Shown here: piece after piece, positions 60,758-64,000 of the stretch
Layout: the number at the start of each line of letters is the position of its first letter
Position numbering within the stretch: the stretch's first letter is position 1
Assembly: GCA_965197645.1 (NCBI GenBank)
Contig: OZ240219.1
Location: forward strand, 2,464,001 to 2,528,000
Direction of reading: 5' to 3'
Length of the DNA: 64,000 nucleotides
Source of the DNA: Dehalococcoidia bacterium
GTDB lineage: Bacteria; Chloroflexota; Dehalococcoidia; Plut-88900
The notes under the pieces: generated by a model
Seen by the model: only the letters and a program-made list of their open reading frames with translations
Database searches by the model: none
What the model was told of the DNA's origin: nothing
Translations under genes and position numbers: made by a program

Positions 60758-61813
60758 ATGGCGGACACCGGCCAGGAATTCATCAGCTATTACTCGGGCT
60801 TCCCTTCCTTTTTCAAGTCTCCCATCATCACGCCCAATGACATCGAAGAAGGGATGGTCGTCGTTGCCGGCGTGCCCCTGGACGAGGGGATCAACATGGG
60901 AAGGAAGGGCGCCCGGTATGGCCCGCGAGGCATCCGCGAGGGCACCTACAAGTATCGAACGGTGCAGGAGGTGGCCGAGGACCGCACCACGGTGGACATC
61001 GACTCTAACCTCGGGTTCCGGTACAAGGGCGACCACGTCATAGGTGATATCGGCGACTTCGCCATTTCGCCCCAGGACATTCTACAGACCACCGAGAACG
61101 TGGCCAACGGAGTGAGCGACATAGTGCAACGAGGCGGGCTGCCCGTGGTCCTGGGAGGCGACCACTACGTCTGCTATCCCTCCTTTCTCGGATTCGCCCG
61201 GGGGATGATCGAGCGAAAGTCCAACCCCCGCATCGGCTATCTTCACATAGACAGCCACGCCGACTTTTGGGACCAGCTCCAGGGAGCGAGCCGATACAAT
61301 CACGGCACCTCGGTGCGGCGCATCAGCGAAAACTCCTCCATCTCCTACAAGAACATGGCCTGGCTTGGGCTCAACGGCGCCGGCATGGACCCCGAGCAGT
61401 ACCGGATGTATACCAATCACAGCCTGAAGATGCTCACTGCTAAGATGATGATGGACAGGGGCATCGATGAGGCCGTCAAGGAGGTGATGGAGGTGGCCGC
61501 CGAGAGCGTAGACGCCGTCTACGTAAGCATAGACATCGACGTGGTTGATGGCTCGGAAGCTGCCGGCACAACAGCCTGCGTATACCAGGGAATCCGCGCG
61601 AGAGAGTTCCTCTACCTCACCTCGGTGCTCAGCCAGTTCGACATCGTCAAGGGCATCGACATCTGCGAGGTGTCCCCACCCCTGGACCCCACCGGCCGAA
61701 CGGTCCACTTGGCGGCACTGGGCGTCCTGTCCGTGCTGAGCCCCAAGCTCTTCGATACCGTCGACATGACCACGGGAAAGGTACTGGAAGGCCACTCCGG
61801 CTTCAGCTACTAG
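60758..61813 (+). CDS. Divergent ureohydrolase (arginase family)
   Basis: GVPLD, GARYGP, GGDH, DSHAD, NHGT, SIDIDVVD, EVSP; ATG after SD GGAGGT. Confidence 0.88.
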   Translation: MADTGQEFISYYSGFPSFFKSPIITPNDIEEGMVVVAGVPLDEGINMGRKGARYGPRGIREGTYKYRTVQEVAEDRTTVDIDSNLGFRYKGDHVIGDIGDFAISPQDILQTTENVANGVSDIVQRGGLPVVLGGDHYVCYPSFLGFARGMIERKSNPRIGYLHIDSHADFWDQLQGASRYNHGTSVRRISENSSISYKNMAWLGLNGAGMDPEQYRMYTNHSLKMLTAKMMMDRGIDEAVKEVMEVAAESVDAVYVSIDIDVVDGSEAAGTTACVYQGIRAREFLYLTSVLSQFDIVKGIDICEVSPPLDPTGRTVHLAALGVLSVLSPKLFDTVDMTTGKVLEGHSGFSY

Positions 61814-61867
61814 AGCCAGGTTACATTCTTAGCCGGCAACCGATAACCGACACGGGGGAACAGTTCT

Positions 61868-63010
61868 ATGGATACGACGTTTGTCGATGCCGACGGGCAC
61901 ATCCTGGAACCGGGTGACCTCTGGGACAACAACCTGGAGCCCGAGTACCGGGACCGGTCCATGCACTTCGAAAAAGATGCAAACGGCTTGGAGCAGTGGG
62001 TGATTGACGGCAAGGTGAACACATTCCTGTCCAAGGGCACTTCGGCCAACATGGCTACCATGGGCAAGGACCAGCAATGGCGCAGGGAGAACATCTATGA
62101 AAGGCCCTCCGTTAGCTGGGAGGAGGGCCGCGCCATGAACCCGGGCGCCGGGGACCCCCACGAGCGGATCAAGGTGATGGACAGCGAGGGTATAGATAAG
62201 AGCATCCTGTATCCCTCCCTCGGCCTCGACTGGCCTGGTTCCGTCGACGACCCCCAGCTCCTCGCTGCATATTGCCGGGTCTACAACGATTGGATCACCG
62301 ACTTCTGCCGCCCCTACCCGTCGAGGCTCTTCCCCGCACTGCTGCTGCCCTGGACGGACGTATCCGAGATCGTCAAGGAGCTGAAAAGAACGGCAATCAT
62401 AGGACCCAGGGCGGTAATGGTGCCCGGCCTTCCCTTCGGAGACATCGCCTACGGTCGGGAGCACTGGGACCCGGTCTGGGCCGAGCTCCAGGACCAGGAC
62501 CTGCCGCCCGCCCTCCACGTATCCAGCGGCGGCACCAGCATCGGCGGGCTCATGTACCCTGAGCTGGAGACCCCCCAATGGTGGGGCTTCGCCTCCGGTT
62601 CCCACAACATCCAGATCGCCTTCATGACCTTCTTCCAAGGCGCCGTCTTCGACCGGTTCCCGGAGCTGAAACTGGTGGTACTGGAGTCGGGCTGCATGTG
62701 GATGCCCTTCGTCCTGGAGCGCATGGATGAGAAGTTCGAAATTCTCGGTTTCACCACTCCAATGAAGCACAGGCCTAGCGAGTACTTTCAGAAGCAGGGC
62801 TGGATAGCCATGGACCCCGACGACGAGTTCGCCACCACGGTCATAGACCTCATCGGCGCCGACAAGCTGGTCTGGGCCTACGACTACCCTCACTCCGATT
62901 CGCCCCTGGCTCCCGTGGCCAGTCTTATCGAGAACCTGAAAGACCTGCCCGAGGACGACCAGCGGAAGGTGATGGGCCGGAACGCCATCGATCTGTACAA
63001 GCTCAGCTAG
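61868..63010 (+). CDS. Amidohydrolase_2 family protein
   Basis: DADGHILEP, DPHER, YNDW, WDPVWA...LH, AVFDRFPELK, ESG, DYPH. Confidence 0.9.
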   Translation: MDTTFVDADGHILEPGDLWDNNLEPEYRDRSMHFEKDANGLEQWVIDGKVNTFLSKGTSANMATMGKDQQWRRENIYERPSVSWEEGRAMNPGAGDPHERIKVMDSEGIDKSILYPSLGLDWPGSVDDPQLLAAYCRVYNDWITDFCRPYPSRLFPALLLPWTDVSEIVKELKRTAIIGPRAVMVPGLPFGDIAYGREHWDPVWAELQDQDLPPALHVSSGGTSIGGLMYPELETPQWWGFASGSHNIQIAFMTFFQGAVFDRFPELKLVVLESGCMWMPFVLERMDEKFEILGFTTPMKHRPSEYFQKQGWIAMDPDDEFATTVIDLIGADKLVWAYDYPHSDSPLAPVASLIENLKDLPEDDQRKVMGRNAIDLYKLS

Positions 63011-63090
63011 CCCAAGTTCCCCGAAATAGGAGAGGCTCGCTCATCGCCAACGGACCCCGATGCAAATGAAGCCGAGGGCTTGATTCAACG

Positions 63091-63840
63091 TCACAAGTAC
63101 TTGCCAAACCACTCCGTGGCCAGCTCCAGAATCCGGTCCATGTGCTCCGTGTCCCTGAGAGCGTGCCCACCACCCTCGATGATCTCCAGCCGCTTGGGCT
63201 CTCCGGCATGCTCATATAGCTCGTGGGCTTGCTCCACCGGCACCAACTCATCATCGCCGCCGTGGATAATCAGAACCGGCGCCGCAAGCCCTTGAATAGC
63301 TTGACATAAATCATACTGGCTAACATCCTCGAAATACGAGGGTTTCAACCTGCGACCCGAAGGCAACTCGAAGTAGCCTTGCCTCTTGTAATCGGCCATT
63401 TGTGCCTCTGACGGCACCTCCGACCTGGAGGGCGTCGCCAGCAACACCATCGCTTTGACCCGAGGATCATCGGCCGCTATCGGCACCTCGCCACCGAAGC
63501 TCGACCCTATGACGCCGATTCTGCCTTGATCGATACGGGTATCCGCCAGCCGGTCCAGGGCCGCCATGTAGTCTTTGATACGGCCGGTCAGCGTAGTATC
63601 CTCGAACTCCCCCTCGCTCTTTTCGTCACCATATCCGCATCCCCGGTAGGAAAATCGGAATGTGGCGAAGCCATGTCGGTTCAGCCTAGGCGCCAGGAAC
63701 GACCATTTGGTGCCGTCCTTGCTCGCCTCGAAGCCATGGGACATCAGGATGCACGGGGCTTCCAGAGATGGCTCGGCCAGATTGCCGTACAGCTTCTGCC
63801 CCTCGCAGTAGAAGGTAACCGGCGCGTCTTGGAGGTTCAT
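63091..63840 (-). CDS. Alpha/beta hydrolase (serine esterase/peptidase-like)
   Basis: HGF, FSYRGCG..SEG, GSSFGG, IHGGDDELV, GGH; start uncertain (63840-63936). Confidence 0.85.
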   Translation of the reverse strand: MNLQDAPVTFYCEGQKLYGNLAEPSLEAPCILMSHGFEASKDGTKWSFLAPRLNRHGFATFRFSYRGCGYGDEKSEGEFEDTTLTGRIKDYMAALDRLADTRIDQGRIGVIGSSFGGEVPIAADDPRVKAMVLLATPSRSEVPSEAQMADYKRQGYFELPSGRRLKPSYFEDVSQYDLCQAIQGLAAPVLIIHGGDDELVPVEQAHELYEHAGEPKRLEIIEGGGHALRDTEHMDRILELATEWFGKYL

Positions 63841-63925
63841 GTTTGGCCTGCCCACCTCTGAGGAATTTTTCGGATTGTGGGTCATCGCTTTAGTCCTGTC
63901 AACGACCCGTTTCGTCTCGGTCATG

Positions 63926-63955
63926 TTGCACCTCATCCCAGGTTTCGACTAGAAT
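63926..63955 (+). promoter_or_regulatory. Promoter of tRNA gene
   Basis: TTGCAC-N18-TAGAAT about 25 nt before the tRNA 5' end. Confidence 0.5.
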
Positions 63956-63980
63956 TGAGATGGTTCCAAGACCCCCTCGA

Positions 63981-64000
63981 GGGCCCGTAGCTCAGCGGCA
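63981..64000 (+). tRNA. 5' end of a tRNA gene, truncated by window (isotype undeterminable)
   Basis: GGGCCCG-TA-GCTC-AGCGGCA = acceptor stem 5' strand, U8A9 and D-arm start. Confidence 0.7.

Noticed and set aside
63981-64000. Assigning the tRNA isotype
   Set aside because: The anticodon lies beyond the window.

Overview
GC-rich bacterial chromosome segment. Gene content (F420-type LLM oxidoreductase, several amidohydrolase_2 enzymes, hspR with grpE-dnaK, S6 with a long acidic tail) suggests Chloroflexota, probably Dehalococcoidia/SAR202-like; this is inference. The core is housekeeping: dnaK/grpE/hspR, lysA-holB, ffh, dgt-dnaG-rpoD, purF-M-H, pncA/pncB, tilS, mfd, glyA, rpsF-ssb-rpsR, hom-thrC-folE. 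Catabolic blocks lie at both ends. Left: an acetamidase-family enzyme, an alpha/beta hydrolase and a divergent urease-like ureABC with no adjacent ureDEFG. Right: a phosphotriesterase, two amidohydrolases and three ureohydrolases. Main observations: (1) the urease-like enzyme keeps all metal ligands but has a remodelled flap and substrate loop; (2) a mycothiol-like mshA/mshD/PIG-L cluster lacks mshC but has a FemAB-like GNAT next to mshA; (3) at least three genes appear to start at non-canonical codons (folE CTG, pncB ATC, mshD-like ATA); (4) an attenuator-like leader precedes a CorC/CNNM gene; (5) a dispersed two-hairpin repeat family shows compensatory changes. No CRISPR array, transposase, integrase or rRNA was seen. 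A tRNA gene begins in the last 20 bp. All calls rest on motif recognition by eye, not database searches.
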